Source: Candidatus Eiseniibacteriota bacterium
GTDB lineage: Bacteria > Eisenbacteria > RBG-16-71-46 > CAVPCR01
Direction: 5' to 3'
NCBI GenBank assembly: GCA_963823555.1
Contig: CAWGMA010000001.1
Span: forward strand, 32,001 to 96,000
Length of the DNA stretch: 64,000 nucleotides
This document shows positions 1-10,507 of this stretch, in pieces. The notes under the pieces are model-generated. The model made no database searches and had not been told where the DNA came from. It worked only from the letters and a program-made list of their open reading frames with translations. Both the position numbers and the translations under genes were made by a program. How positions within the stretch are numbered: the stretch's first letter is position 1; every line of letters begins with the position of its first letter.

Positions 1-1058
1 CTCCGGGGCTGAATGCGGTGATTCGCGCGGTCGCCCTCAGCGCTCTCGACCGGGGCTGGGAGTGCCTCGGCATTCGCGATGGCTACTCGGGTTTGCTGGA
101 GCCAGAACGTTATCCGGAGGGCGGTCTCGTTCCGCTCTCCAGCGCGTCGGTGCGCGGCATCACCCACCTGGGCGGCACCATTCTCGGCACGACCAATATC
201 GGCAACCCGCTCAAGTTCCCGGTCGAGGGCCCGGATGGTCGGATCAAGGAAATCGATCGGTCTGATGAACTGCTCCAGGCCATTGCCAGGAACCGTATCG
301 ACGCCGTGATCGCCATCGGCGGCGATGGGTCGCTCTCGATCGCCAACGTGCTCTCCCAGAAGGGGCTGCGGGTGGTCGGAGTACCGAAGACCATCGACAA
401 CGACCTCGACGGGACGGTCCTCACCTTCGGCTTCGACACGGCGGTGGCCTTTGCCACCGAGTGCCTCGATCGCCTGCACACAACCGCGGCCTCCCACCGC
501 CGCGTGATCGTGGTCGAGGTCATGGGCCGCTACGCCGGCTGGATCGCGCTCCATGCGGGTGTTGCGGGAACCGCCGACATCATCCTCATCCCGGAGATTC
601 CCTACGACATCCAGGCCGTGGCCGAGAAGGTGCGAGAACGAGATGCCTCGGGGGCACTGTTCTCGATCGTGGTGGTTGCCGAGGGGGCGGTGCCCAGGGG
701 CGGGAAGCGTTCCATCATCGAGAAGCGAGTGGGGTCGGCGGAGCGGCTGGGTGGTGCCGGCGAGTGCGTGGCCCGCGATCTCGCCGCCTTGACCGGCAAG
801 GACACGAGACACGTTGTCCTCGGCCATCTCCTTCGCGGCGGATCGCCAACCTCCCTCGATCGACTGATCTCGCTCCGTTTCGGCGCCGCCGCCGTGCGCT
901 GCCTGGCCGCCGGGGAGTCCGGGGTGATGGTGGCGCTCGATCCCCCGCGGGTGCGCACCGTGCCCCTCGAGAAGGCGACCAGGCGCATGAAGGTCGTCCC
1001 CCTCGACTGCGACACCATGGTCACGGCGCGCGATCTCGGCGTTTGCTTCGGGGATTGA
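1..1058 (+). CDS. pfkA: 6-phosphofructokinase (group III-like), 5'-truncated by window edge
   Basis: The frame is open from the window start (PGLNAVIRAV). Motifs GGTILGT, IGGDGS, VPKTIDND, VEVMGRYAGW and LGHLLRGGSP are present. Confidence 0.95.
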   Translation, partial: PGLNAVIRAVALSALDRGWECLGIRDGYSGLLEPERYPEGGLVPLSSASVRGITHLGGTILGTTNIGNPLKFPVEGPDGRIKEIDRSDELLQAIARNRIDAVIAIGGDGSLSIANVLSQKGLRVVGVPKTIDNDLDGTVLTFGFDTAVAFATECLDRLHTTAASHRRVIVVEVMGRYAGWIALHAGVAGTADIILIPEIPYDIQAVAEKVRERDASGALFSIVVVAEGAVPRGGKRSIIEKRVGSAERLGGAGECVARDLAALTGKDTRHVVLGHLLRGGSPTSLDRLISLRFGAAAVRCLAAGESGVMVALDPPRVRTVPLEKATRRMKVVPLDCDTMVTARDLGVCFGD

Positions 1059-1261
1059 CGTCGGCTCGAAACAGGGCAAGTGGATCGATGTGACGCACGG
1101 TCCGCGAGCCGGCAGAGTCGGATGTTCCGCAGCACGGCTCACCCGGCCCCTCGCGCCCCAGACTCCTGGTCCCAGACTTCCCGGTTGCCGATAACCGCGA
1201 GTGTGGCCTTCGGCTCCTCGCCGGTGGCTTCGTGGGTTCTGGTGCGCGAGGGACACGACTC

Positions 1262-2068
1262 ATGGCTGGACCGCAAGTGGAATCGATCGAACGCCAGCGC
1301 GGCTCCTTGTGGAATCTCGGTCTCGTGCTCGTGGGTGCGCTGTGTGCCGCGCTCGTCGTCATGAGCTGGACGACAGCGGACCAGGCGCTGCGCACCGAGA
1401 TGCTCGAGCGGCGCTGGCCGGCCCTGGTCGGGCTCTCGGGCCTCGTCCTCCTGTTCGTGCTCTACGCCACCAAGAAGCACCGGGAGCTCTGCCGCATGCA
1501 GGCGCGCTGGCAGCAGATGGCGGTGCGTGAGGCCTCGCTGCGCGCCCGGTTGAGCGAGCTGTCCTTTCTCTTCGATACGAGCACGCAGCTCCAGCTCCGG
1601 CTCGACATGCAGAGCATGTTCGACCTGGCATGCCAGCGGCTGCTGTCCTGCTTCGAAGCGCACCAGTCCTCGATCATGATTCACAACGAAGAATCGGGGT
1701 TTCTGGAGGTGAAGGCGGTCTCCGGGGTCGACTCGAGCCTGGTTGCCGGCTCGACCGCCAGGCCCGGTGAGGGCATCGCGGGCAAGGTCTTCACCTCGGG
1801 GGAAGCGCTCCTCCTGACGCCCGCGGTGATGAAGCGCCGGTTCCCCAACGACCAGAAGCCAGGTCGGAGCATCTCGTCGAGCCTCAGTGTGCCGATGCGC
1901 TTCCGTGACATGACGATCGGCGTGGTCAATGTCAGTCGCAACGGCGGCGAGGATTTCACCGAGATGCACGTGCGGATGCTCGAGTCCTTCGCCGAGCATT
2001 GTGCGGCCACCTTCATCAAGACGCGCCACCACCAGGCCGTGCTCGCCGGCGGGCGCCAGGCGGCCTGA
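1262..2068 (+). CDS. Membrane protein with two TM helices, a coiled-coil and a C-terminal GAF domain
   Basis: ATG at 1262 follows GAGGG. Two hydrophobic segments precede GAF motifs (GEGIAGKVFTSGE, SLSVPM, IGVVNVS, FTEMHVRMLESFA). No output domain is present. Confidence 0.8.
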   Translation: MAGPQVESIERQRGSLWNLGLVLVGALCAALVVMSWTTADQALRTEMLERRWPALVGLSGLVLLFVLYATKKHRELCRMQARWQQMAVREASLRARLSELSFLFDTSTQLQLRLDMQSMFDLACQRLLSCFEAHQSSIMIHNEESGFLEVKAVSGVDSSLVAGSTARPGEGIAGKVFTSGEALLLTPAVMKRRFPNDQKPGRSISSSLSVPMRFRDMTIGVVNVSRNGGEDFTEMHVRMLESFAEHCAATFIKTRHHQAVLAGGRQAA

Positions 2069-2072
2069 GGCG

Positions 2073-4460
2073 CTACCGGCGGTCTCCCGGAGCGACCTCG
2101 ATCACGACCGGCGCGGTACGTTCCGCTCCGCTGCGGAGCGCGACCCGGTGACGTCCCGGCGCCAGCGGCCAGCGTAGCTCGCGCCCGCTGCCGATGACCA
2201 TCCCGTCGATTTCCCAGATGGGCGTAGCGTGCGGGTCTCCGCCTCCGGCGCGGAGCGCGATCGTCTGTACCGATCGCGGCAGGTCGGGTGCGAGGAAGAA
2301 CTGCTGGCCATCACGCGGGGACTCGATGCGAAGCGGGCCGCCGGCGCTGGCCGCGACGGCCGCGGTGCCGAGGGCCGCCCGCCGGAGCCAGGGCCCGTAC
2401 TCGGGCGGCAGCGACACCTGGACCTCGCGACCCTGGCGCCGATGCAGCGTGCAGGGCGCAAGCACGTGATCGGCCGGCAACCACTCGCTCAGGATCTCGC
2501 TGCAGCCTGGTCCGGGGGCCGCCCCGGAGAGAGCGCAGATCCGGCGCCGCGCGAGATCGGAAGGCGGGGAGAATACCGACGCCACCGACGCCGGGTCGAG
2601 TTCCCTCGCGATCACGTCGCTTGCCGCGCCAGACGATGGAATACTGCGTTCCTGCTCCCAGTCCCGGATCCCATACCAGGCGGCCCGGAACAGCGGGGCC
2701 GCGGCATGGGCCGCCGAGAGCCGGGGTAGCGGCTCGCCGTCGAGGTTCCCCACCCAGACCCCGACCACGTAGCGCTCGTCGAAGCCCACGGTCCAGGCAT
2801 CGCGGAAGTCCGACGAGGTCCCGGTCTTGGCTGCCACCCGGAACGGGAGCTCGAGCGGGCCGTGGGCGCCGAAGGCCGGCATGCGCGCATCGGGGTCGGA
2901 GAGGATGTCGGTGACCCAGAACGCGGCGCGCTCGGGAAGGATCGCCTCGCCCCGGTCGGCGCGCGCGGCGCGCGCGTCTGCCGGCAGTCCCGGCGCGGGG
3001 ATCGGACGGCCTCGTCGATCCCGCACGTCGGCGATGATCGCCATCGGTAGCGCCCGGCCATGGCGCGGGAAGACGGCATAGGCGCGGCAGAGATCGAGGA
3101 GGGTCACCTCGCCGACCCCGAGCGTGAGCCCGAGGCCGTACGTCGCGGGCGGCGCACCGAGGGTGGTGATCCCGGCGTCATGCAGCAGATCGAGGAGGCG
3201 CGGGCTTCCCACCGCATCGAGCATGCGCACCGCCGATACGTTGTAGGAGGAGGCGAGCGCCTCGCGCAGGCGCGCCGGCCCGTGAAAGGTCTGGCTGAAG
3301 TTGCGGGGCATGTAATCGCCGTCGAGGGCGAGAAAGGCGGTGGGAATGTCGGCGACGAGATCGGCCGGGGTGTGTCCGTCGGCGAAGGCGAGAGCGTAGG
3401 TGAACGGTTTGAGCGCCGATCCGGGCTGGCGGCGGGCGAGCGCCGAGTTCCACTGTCCCCCCTCCGGGCTCCGGTAATCGGGCGAACCGATGAGCGCGAG
3501 CACTGCGCCGCTCCGGTGATCGAGGACGGCGATGGCGCCGTGCGGTGGGGTGGCGAGGCGGTGGGGTGCCAGGTTCTCGGCGAGGACCGCGGTCAGGCGC
3601 GCCGTCAGGTCCCGGTCGATGGTGAGGCGCGCCACTCCGGCCGCGGCCGGCAACGACGGGGCCACCCAGTCGACGGCGTGCGGCGCGGCAAAGGCGCCGG
3701 GACGCGCTGCCAGGCGCAGCGGATCGGCGAGCGATCGTGCGAGCTCGTGATCATCGAGCCAGCCCGAGGCGCGCATGCGCCGGAGCACATGCTGGGCGCG
3801 CGCCCGGGCCCGCGTGGGCGCACGACGCGGATCGAGGTGCGACGGGGCACGCGGCAAGGCGGCGAGGAGCGCGGCCTCGGCGGCGCTGAGCTGCGCCGGC
3901 GTGCGATCGAAGTAGTGGTCGGCGGCGGCCGTGATGCCGAGACAGCCGTTGCCGTAGGGCACGCGGTTCAGATAGGCGGCGAGGATCGCCCGCTTGCCAG
4001 CGGTGAGCTCGAGGCGCAGGGCGAGCTCGAGCTCGCGGAGCTTGCCCCGCCAGGTGCGCGGCCCGGGCTCGAGGATGCCGGCCAGCTGCTGCGTGATGGT
4101 CGAACCTCCGGCCACGATGCGGCCGGCCCTCCAGTTGGCGATGGCGGCGCGAGCGATGCCGACAGGGTCGAAGCCGGGGTGGATGAAGAAGCGCCGATCC
4201 TCGGCCGCCAGGGTGGCGTGAACGACGAGCGGTGGCAGATCCTTGTCGGTAAGAAGCGGCGCCCGAGCGCAATCTCCTGCGCCAGGCGGTGCGGCCAGGC
4301 GGAGGAGCCGGCCCTCGCGATCAACGATGGCCGAGCGCGTGGGAGGATCGTGATCGATCGCCACCAGCGGCGGTATCAGGTGCGGAGCGACCGCGAGCAG
4401 CAGTGCCGCGGCGACGAGGACGGCCGGGACCACGACGGCCCGGCGTGGGCGGCGTGTCAT
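2073..4460 (-). CDS. pbpC: Penicillin-binding protein 1C (transglycosylase/transpeptidase)
   Basis: Transglycosylase motifs AAEDRRF and GGSTITQQLA; transpeptidase motifs GSALKPF (SxxK), SYN and KTGTS. Overlaps the alpha-2-macroglobulin stop (ATGA), the classic pairing. Confidence 0.93.
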   Translation of the reverse strand: MTRRPRRAVVVPAVLVAAALLLAVAPHLIPPLVAIDHDPPTRSAIVDREGRLLRLAAPPGAGDCARAPLLTDKDLPPLVVHATLAAEDRRFFIHPGFDPVGIARAAIANWRAGRIVAGGSTITQQLAGILEPGPRTWRGKLRELELALRLELTAGKRAILAAYLNRVPYGNGCLGITAAADHYFDRTPAQLSAAEAALLAALPRAPSHLDPRRAPTRARARAQHVLRRMRASGWLDDHELARSLADPLRLAARPGAFAAPHAVDWVAPSLPAAAGVARLTIDRDLTARLTAVLAENLAPHRLATPPHGAIAVLDHRSGAVLALIGSPDYRSPEGGQWNSALARRQPGSALKPFTYALAFADGHTPADLVADIPTAFLALDGDYMPRNFSQTFHGPARLREALASSYNVSAVRMLDAVGSPRLLDLLHDAGITTLGAPPATYGLGLTLGVGEVTLLDLCRAYAVFPRHGRALPMAIIADVRDRRGRPIPAPGLPADARAARADRGEAILPERAAFWVTDILSDPDARMPAFGAHGPLELPFRVAAKTGTSSDFRDAWTVGFDERYVVGVWVGNLDGEPLPRLSAAHAAAPLFRAAWYGIRDWEQERSIPSSGAASDVIARELDPASVASVFSPPSDLARRRICALSGAAPGPGCSEILSEWLPADHVLAPCTLHRRQGREVQVSLPPEYGPWLRRAALGTAAVAASAGGPLRIESPRDGQQFFLAPDLPRSVQTIALRAGGGDPHATPIWEIDGMVIGSGRELRWPLAPGRHRVALRSGAERTAPVVIEVAPGDRR

Positions 4461-7400
4461 GGCTCATCCTCCTTGGCGGCCACGACCTCGATGCGGAGCG
4501 GAGCGCTCCGCCCGCGCACCTCGGGGTCATACATGAGCTCGGCTTCGGCCGGCGGCGCGGCGAACTCGCCGGGAGTCGCGGCCCGCGCCAGATACTCGAA
4601 GCGGTAGATCCCCGCCGGCACCACCGGCGCAAAGGCCACGACCCGATCGTCCCGCTGTTCGACATGAAGTACGGGCAAGGCGCCCGCGGTGGCGATCGGG
4701 GACTCGACGTCTTCCCCCTCGTCTCCCTCACCCCACTGCCGGGCAGCGAGCCCGCGTCCCAGCGAGCGGGCGACGGTTTCGAGATCGAGGATCATCGGTT
4801 CGAGTCCGGCCGGGAGCGGGTCCTCGAGCGCGAGGTCGGTCGCGGCGCGCGGCACGACCAGCGTGACTTCGATGCGCACGAGGTCTCCCGTCACCGCCTG
4901 TGCGATCGGTTCCACCGCGGCTGTGGGCGCCATGGAATCGAAGGGGAAGGCAGCGCGGCGAACGATGAGTCCGGCCTCGGCGGCATCGAGGCCCAGAGCC
5001 GGCCGTGCCGACTCGAGGAGGACCATGAGATAGAGGGACGGCCCCGTGCCTTCGCGACCGGATGGAATGATGCGTGCGAGCTCGAGCGGAGAGCTCGCGC
5101 CCGGGGCGAGGCCTTCCATCCCGGCCAGCGGCCACGTCAGGCGAAATGCGGCCTGCGTTCCCGTGCCGCCGAGCTCGCGCTCGAAGAGCGGCCGGGTTCC
5201 GAGCCGGCCGGCGGCGCGGATCGGTGCCGGACCGGGCTCCTCCTCGAGGCGCGCCAGGTCACGGAGCGCCAGCACGGCATGAGCAGTGGCGTGCGTCGAT
5301 CGCCAGTGCCCGCTCCGCCGCTCGGTCGCGAGCCAGCGCGTGAAGGGTTCAACCAGCGGATGGTCGGGCCAGGCCGAGACCAGGACGCGAACAGCCAGCG
5401 CGGTCGCCGACTCGTCGCTCGCGAACGGACCTGCGCCGGTCAGGAAAGCACGGCCGCCGGTCATGCTCACGTCGTTCAGGACCTCGTTCAGGATCTGCCC
5501 CACGCGCGCGTCGAAGCGAGAGGTGAGATTGAGCGCGGCGGCACTGAGGAGCAGGCCCTCCTGGTCCAGGTCGCGGCGGTTGGCATAGAGCCGTTCGAGA
5601 TCCGAGGGGCGCAGGAGACCGCCGAGCGGCGAGCCGGGTACGCGCGCTTCGCGGGCGAGGAGCACGGCGGTCAGGGCATCACCCGTCGCGAAGGGAGGGC
5701 CGCCGTCGGTGGCGCGCATCGGCGGCGGCGTGGGTACCGGGACCGCCTTTCCTCGGCGGCTCTTCTTCGATTGCGGCGGCACGGGCGCGGGTGGGGCCGG
5801 GCGCTTGGCGTCGAAGATCTCCTTCAGATAGCGGCCGAGTTCCTGCAGCCGATCCCGGTCGACCGCCATGCCGGCGTCACGCGCCTCGATGAGGGCGAGG
5901 AGCGTGTAGGCCGAGAGATGAGGATCGGAGCGAAGGGCTTCGGGCCATACCCGGTAGCCGCCATCATAGTGCGAGAGCGCGGCGATCTGGGCCAGCGTGC
6001 GGGTCGCGACGGCGTCACGCCGCTCAGCATCCCAGTCCGGGAGGATGAGGCGCGGCGCGAGCTCGCTGGCCACGGCGAGGGCGATGAGTCGGGATGCATG
6101 CTGTTCGAGGCAGCCATGGGGATAGGCCATGAGATAGGTGAGCGCCGTTTCCATGCCGCCGACGAGAGTCGTGGCTCCCTGAATGGCGAGCGACGAGACG
6201 AGTGGATCGGTGTCGGCGGGGACCACGATCGGCACCGCGGCCATGGAGTCATCACCGGCAATGACTCCGTAGTGGGCGTCGGTGACCATGGTGAGCGGTT
6301 CCTCGACCCGGAACGGGAAGGCGACCGCGTCCTCAGGCAACTCGTCACCCTTCTTGCCGCCCTTCACCGCCCTGGCGCTGAGCCGCACCATCGCCTCACC
6401 TGCTGCGACGGCGCGCACCGAAAAGCCCACCCGGCGGTTCTTCCCGGCCTCGATCGTGACGGTCTGGTCCGTCTTGCCCGATGACGCGAGGGCCGTTCCC
6501 GCGACGCTGAAATCTGCCTTCACTCTCAATTTACTGCTGGTGCGGTTGGTGATGACGGCGCCGGCGGTGAAGGTGTCACCGGCGCGGGCGAGCCGAGGCA
6601 GGAGGGGATCCAGGACCAGCGGGCGGGTCACGGTGAGCGCGGCCTGGCCGTTCCCGACCTGGTCCTTCCTGTCACAGGCGACCGCCATGGCGCGGAACGT
6701 GGTCAGGTTGTCGGGCAGGCGGAAACGGGCTGAGACCTGGCCGTCGGGGCCGGTCAGGAGGTCCGGCATGTAGACCGCGGTCGAGGCGAACAGGCGCCGG
6801 TAGCGCCCGAGATCGCCGCCGCCGCCGCCCGGGGATTCGCCCTTCTCGGTCTCGCCCGGTGTTTCCACCACCTGGAGCGCTTTGGCCGCGTTCATGACGC
6901 CGAGCCCCTGCGTGCGATAGAAGAAGGCGAAGGGATCGGGTGTCTGCGTCCCGAGAAGGCGGAGCACGGCCTCATCGACGAGCATCAGGGCGACCTCGGC
7001 GTCGGCCGGCATTCCATTGGCCCGTGTGACGGCGATCTCGACGGACACCGAGTCGCCGGGCCCGGCCCGGTCCGGTGTCGCGACATGGACCGCCAGGCGG
7101 CGCCGGTCGGGATGGACCGGCAGCAGGGCATAGCCGATCCTGAGCTCGGGGGTCTTCGACCACAAGGTGTCATCCGGCGCGGCGCCGGGTGGGGGCGTGC
7201 TGCCGCGCACGAGGATGACCGACGCGAACACGTTGGGGACCGCGCTCTCGCCCAGTGGAATCTTGAGGGTCGGCGTGGTGGATTGCGCGGTGAACGAGGT
7301 CACCGTCTCGATGCCCTCGCGCTCCACGGTGAGGAGCCCGCGCGCGCTGGGGAAGGGCGACTGGACGAGGATGGTTGCCGTGTCGCCCGGGCTGTAGGCC

Positions 7401-10348
7401 GCACGGTCAGCAACGAGGGTCAGGCGGTTCCCGGTTTCGCGCGACCACGGGACGAATCCTTGGCCGGCCACGTAGATGAAATCGGCGCTCCGGGTCTTCC
7501 GCCCGGCGTGGTCCTCGGCCCAGGCGCGCGCCACATAGGAGCCGGCGTGATCGGGCACGAAGCGAGCCGTGGCCGGCGCGGCGAGGGTCGGCGTCGTCGT
7601 CACCACGGCCGAGTCGATGATCGTTTCCACCAGCTCCGAGTCATAGCCGAGCCGACCCCCGACCATCTGTCGCATGACGGTGTGCCAGCTCCGACTCACC
7701 CACTCGACACGGACCTCGGTCCCCGCCACAGCGGAACCGGCGAGCGACATGGCCACCACGGCCACATCAACCGGCTGCCCGGCGCGGGCGAGGGACGGCG
7801 TGCCGCGGACACCGAGCAGGAGGTCGGCCGGGTACCAGTTGGCGGTGGCATGCGCCGCGATCGCCCGCCCGCCGGGATCGAGCGCCTGCGCCTCGACCTC
7901 GATCGATTGCGGGGTTGTCACCTCGGGAATTGCCAGCTCCGCGGCAAGCTGCGCCTCACCGCGGGAATCGAGCTTGGCGCTCGCGGTGGTGAGGAGCTGC
8001 CAGGAGGTCTCCTCCAGACCCGGATCGGTGAAGGCGTATCCGGCGAGAGTGTCGCCGGTTGCCGCCGGAAGAGCGAAGCTCTGCTCGCGACGAATGGCGA
8101 GGGAGACCGGCGAGTCGGAGAGCGGCGAGTCGAAGAACGTGCGGGCGATCACGCGGGCCGTGAGCGAGTCGCCGCGCACGAGGGTGAGGGGCTTTCCGGC
8201 TGGACTCGGCCCCCGCGGGCCGGAGAGGGCGACATCCACCTTGAACGCGGCCGGGCGGAAGGCCTCGACGCGGAATCCGAGCGAGCCGCGAAGCTCCACG
8301 TCGCCAGCGGCGACTCCGACCGGCTCGATGTTGGCCCAGTAGTAGCCGAGGGCCGCTGCGCCGGAGAGCGCGATGGCCGTCGAGAAGCTGCCGAAAGGGG
8401 AGAGTCCGATGCGTTGATCGAGAACGGTGTCACCATAGGGATTCATGACCTTGAGCATGAGCGAGTCCAGCGGGGCGCGGCCGAGGCCGCCGCGATCGCG
8501 CCCGCGCACGATGCCTTTCACGCGCACGGTCTCCCCCGGGCGGTAGAGCTCCCGATCCGTGAACAGGAAGCTCTCCGCGCGCCGGGGTGCGCTGGCGTAG
8601 TCGCCGGGCAGATTGAATGACCACGGGGAAAGCTCCCAGTCGGTATCGATGCCGAGAATCGTCATGTCGGGCCCGCGGCGCGCGAGGAGGGTCCAGCCCT
8701 CGGCCCGCCGCCATGGGGCGGGGGTGGCGCCGCGTGCGAGACCTTCCCGGTCCGTTCTCCCGCGCCAGACCGTGGCCCCTTCCGTGGTGAAGATCTCAAG
8801 GTCGACGCCGGCCAGCGGCTCGCCGGTGTGGAGCGAAGTGGCCCATACCACGATGTCGCTCGCCGAGACCTTGGCGACGAGCCCGAGATCGGTGATCTGG
8901 ATCAGCGAATAGCGTGCCGGAAGGGTGTCGGGGACACCCGTCGCCGGATGGGCGAGGCGGTCGGGGCTCGAGGCGCGGACGAGGACGAAGCCGCCTGCGT
9001 CGCGCGGCACGAGCTCACCGAGGTCGATCGGGATGCGCCCGCGCTCGTTGCGTGCAGTCTCGAGACGAACCGTACGCTGAACGGGGCGGGTGCCGGCGAA
9101 GGGATCGAACTCGCCCGCCGTCATGGCCCAGGGCCGGCGAGCGATGGCGGCCGCCTGCTCCGGGGTCAGCGTCGCCGTGCGCACGGTCACGTGCTGGACG
9201 TTGACGGTCCGGATGATCGCGCTCCGCCGCTCCGTCCTGGTTTCGAGCACCGCGTTCTCCGGCAATATTTCAAACATGGGCGCGATATCTTGCGTGGTCA
9301 AGGTGAGGGCGGAGGTCATGGGCAGTGTCTGGCCGAACTGATCGATGAGCCCGGCACGAACTTCGACACGGAGTGATTGCCCGGGTGCGAGTCGCGTGCC
9401 GAGATGGACCCGGGTCCGGGGGGCCCGTCCATAGGCCTCGATCGGGCTGTCGGGGATGACGGCCGGCCCGGAGAGGCGGAGATGGGCGGCGAGGGACTCC
9501 GGCTCGACCGGTGTCGTCATCTCGAGAGTGAGCCCGAACTCATCGGCTTCCCCCTTGACCAGGCCGAGCGGGCCGTAGGTGGCGAACTGGGCGGTGTAGG
9601 GTTTCGCGAGCGGCAGCGGACCCTCGTCGGCAAGCGGTGCCGTGGCGATCTGGACCTCGATCTCGGTCCCGGCGGGAAGCGGCTTCCGCGGGCGCAAGAG
9701 GACGATCTCGTCCAGGTCCGTCACGGGGAGCGGTGGCATTCCGGCCAGATCCGTGGAGTCGGGATGGACGCAGGTGGCCGCGATCCACTGGCCGCCCGCG
9801 GTCACGGTGACCGCTTGACACACGCGGCCGAGGTCGACTGGCTGATTGAACGCGAGTGCGATGGGGCCCTCGGGGCCAAGCAGGTGCGATCCTGGAGGAG
9901 GGTGGATGGCGATGACCGCCGGGGGAGGGGTCGAGAAGGTCCATTCGCTCGCTCGGCCGAGCGCTTTGCCTTCGGCATCGGTGACTCCGGCCGGTACCAC
10001 GCCGCGAAAGGTGGTTGCCCGCGGCAAGGGGCGTTCGGGAACGAAGCGGAGAGCGCGGGTGCCCACCCACATGAAGCGCCCGGGAACCGGCGGCTCGATC
10101 TGGACGAGGCCGGCCTCGTCGCCGCGCATCTCCTGGCCCAGCGGCCGCATGGCGTGGCTGAAGAGCACATCGACCGTCGGCACCTCGTTCACCGCTCCGG
10201 TCGGCAGCGTGAATTCGACGCCGAACTGGTTGGGCCGGCCGGCGCCATCGGGGGAATCGGCGCTCTGTCCGGGAATCGAGGCCAGGAGAACCGCGAGGGC
10301 GAGGAGGCCGAGAGCGCCGGGCCAGGCCCGGCTGCCGGGGAATCGCAT
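4457..10348 (-). CDS. Bacterial alpha-2-macroglobulin (~1963 aa)
   Basis: Thioester motif YPHGCLEQ (CLEQ at 6101-6112), FTDRELYRPGETV, LPDNLTTFRAMAVA and C-terminal AELMYDPEVRGRS. Start placed at ATG 10348 (GAGGT RBS, signal peptide follows) rather than 10468. Confidence 0.93.
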   Translation of the reverse strand: MRFPGSRAWPGALGLLALAVLLASIPGQSADSPDGAGRPNQFGVEFTLPTGAVNEVPTVDVLFSHAMRPLGQEMRGDEAGLVQIEPPVPGRFMWVGTRALRFVPERPLPRATTFRGVVPAGVTDAEGKALGRASEWTFSTPPPAVIAIHPPPGSHLLGPEGPIALAFNQPVDLGRVCQAVTVTAGGQWIAATCVHPDSTDLAGMPPLPVTDLDEIVLLRPRKPLPAGTEIEVQIATAPLADEGPLPLAKPYTAQFATYGPLGLVKGEADEFGLTLEMTTPVEPESLAAHLRLSGPAVIPDSPIEAYGRAPRTRVHLGTRLAPGQSLRVEVRAGLIDQFGQTLPMTSALTLTTQDIAPMFEILPENAVLETRTERRSAIIRTVNVQHVTVRTATLTPEQAAAIARRPWAMTAGEFDPFAGTRPVQRTVRLETARNERGRIPIDLGELVPRDAGGFVLVRASSPDRLAHPATGVPDTLPARYSLIQITDLGLVAKVSASDIVVWATSLHTGEPLAGVDLEIFTTEGATVWRGRTDREGLARGATPAPWRRAEGWTLLARRGPDMTILGIDTDWELSPWSFNLPGDYASAPRRAESFLFTDRELYRPGETVRVKGIVRGRDRGGLGRAPLDSLMLKVMNPYGDTVLDQRIGLSPFGSFSTAIALSGAAALGYYWANIEPVGVAAGDVELRGSLGFRVEAFRPAAFKVDVALSGPRGPSPAGKPLTLVRGDSLTARVIARTFFDSPLSDSPVSLAIRREQSFALPAATGDTLAGYAFTDPGLEETSWQLLTTASAKLDSRGEAQLAAELAIPEVTTPQSIEVEAQALDPGGRAIAAHATANWYPADLLLGVRGTPSLARAGQPVDVAVVAMSLAGSAVAGTEVRVEWVSRSWHTVMRQMVGGRLGYDSELVETIIDSAVVTTTPTLAAPATARFVPDHAGSYVARAWAEDHAGRKTRSADFIYVAGQGFVPWSRETGNRLTLVADRAAYSPGDTATILVQSPFPSARGLLTVEREGIETVTSFTAQSTTPTLKIPLGESAVPNVFASVILVRGSTPPPGAAPDDTLWSKTPELRIGYALLPVHPDRRRLAVHVATPDRAGPGDSVSVEIAVTRANGMPADAEVALMLVDEAVLRLLGTQTPDPFAFFYRTQGLGVMNAAKALQVVETPGETEKGESPGGGGGDLGRYRRLFASTAVYMPDLLTGPDGQVSARFRLPDNLTTFRAMAVACDRKDQVGNGQAALTVTRPLVLDPLLPRLARAGDTFTAGAVITNRTSSKLRVKADFSVAGTALASSGKTDQTVTIEAGKNRRVGFSVRAVAAGEAMVRLSARAVKGGKKGDELPEDAVAFPFRVEEPLTMVTDAHYGVIAGDDSMAAVPIVVPADTDPLVSSLAIQGATTLVGGMETALTYLMAYPHGCLEQHASRLIALAVASELAPRLILPDWDAERRDAVATRTLAQIAALSHYDGGYRVWPEALRSDPHLSAYTLLALIEARDAGMAVDRDRLQELGRYLKEIFDAKRPAPPAPVPPQSKKSRRGKAVPVPTPPPMRATDGGPPFATGDALTAVLLAREARVPGSPLGGLLRPSDLERLYANRRDLDQEGLLLSAAALNLTSRFDARVGQILNEVLNDVSMTGGRAFLTGAGPFASDESATALAVRVLVSAWPDHPLVEPFTRWLATERRSGHWRSTHATAHAVLALRDLARLEEEPGPAPIRAAGRLGTRPLFERELGGTGTQAAFRLTWPLAGMEGLAPGASSPLELARIIPSGREGTGPSLYLMVLLESARPALGLDAAEAGLIVRRAAFPFDSMAPTAAVEPIAQAVTGDLVRIEVTLVVPRAATDLALEDPLPAGLEPMILDLETVARSLGRGLAARQWGEGDEGEDVESPIATAGALPVLHVEQRDDRVVAFAPVVPAGIYRFEYLARAATPGEFAAPPAEAELMYDPEVRGRSAPLRIEVVAAKEDEP

Positions 10349-10455
10349 GCATGGACCTCGTCGATCGGGTGGATGCGCTGACCGCGCCCTGCTCGAGCAG
10401 GATGCTCTCAGGGCGGGAACGCTAGCACAGGCGCGGTGGGTGGCGGCAAAGCGAA

Positions 10456-10481
10456 GCGGGGCGGCCAAGAGGCCGCCCCGC
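10456..10481 (-). terminator. Probable intrinsic terminator downstream of the C25 gene
   Basis: Perfect 11-bp stem GCGGGGCGGCC-aaga-GGCCGCCCCGC, followed on the minus strand by TTCGCTTTG. Confidence 0.6.
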
Positions 10482-10507
10482 CGGGAAACACGTCTGGTGT
10501 GTCTGGA

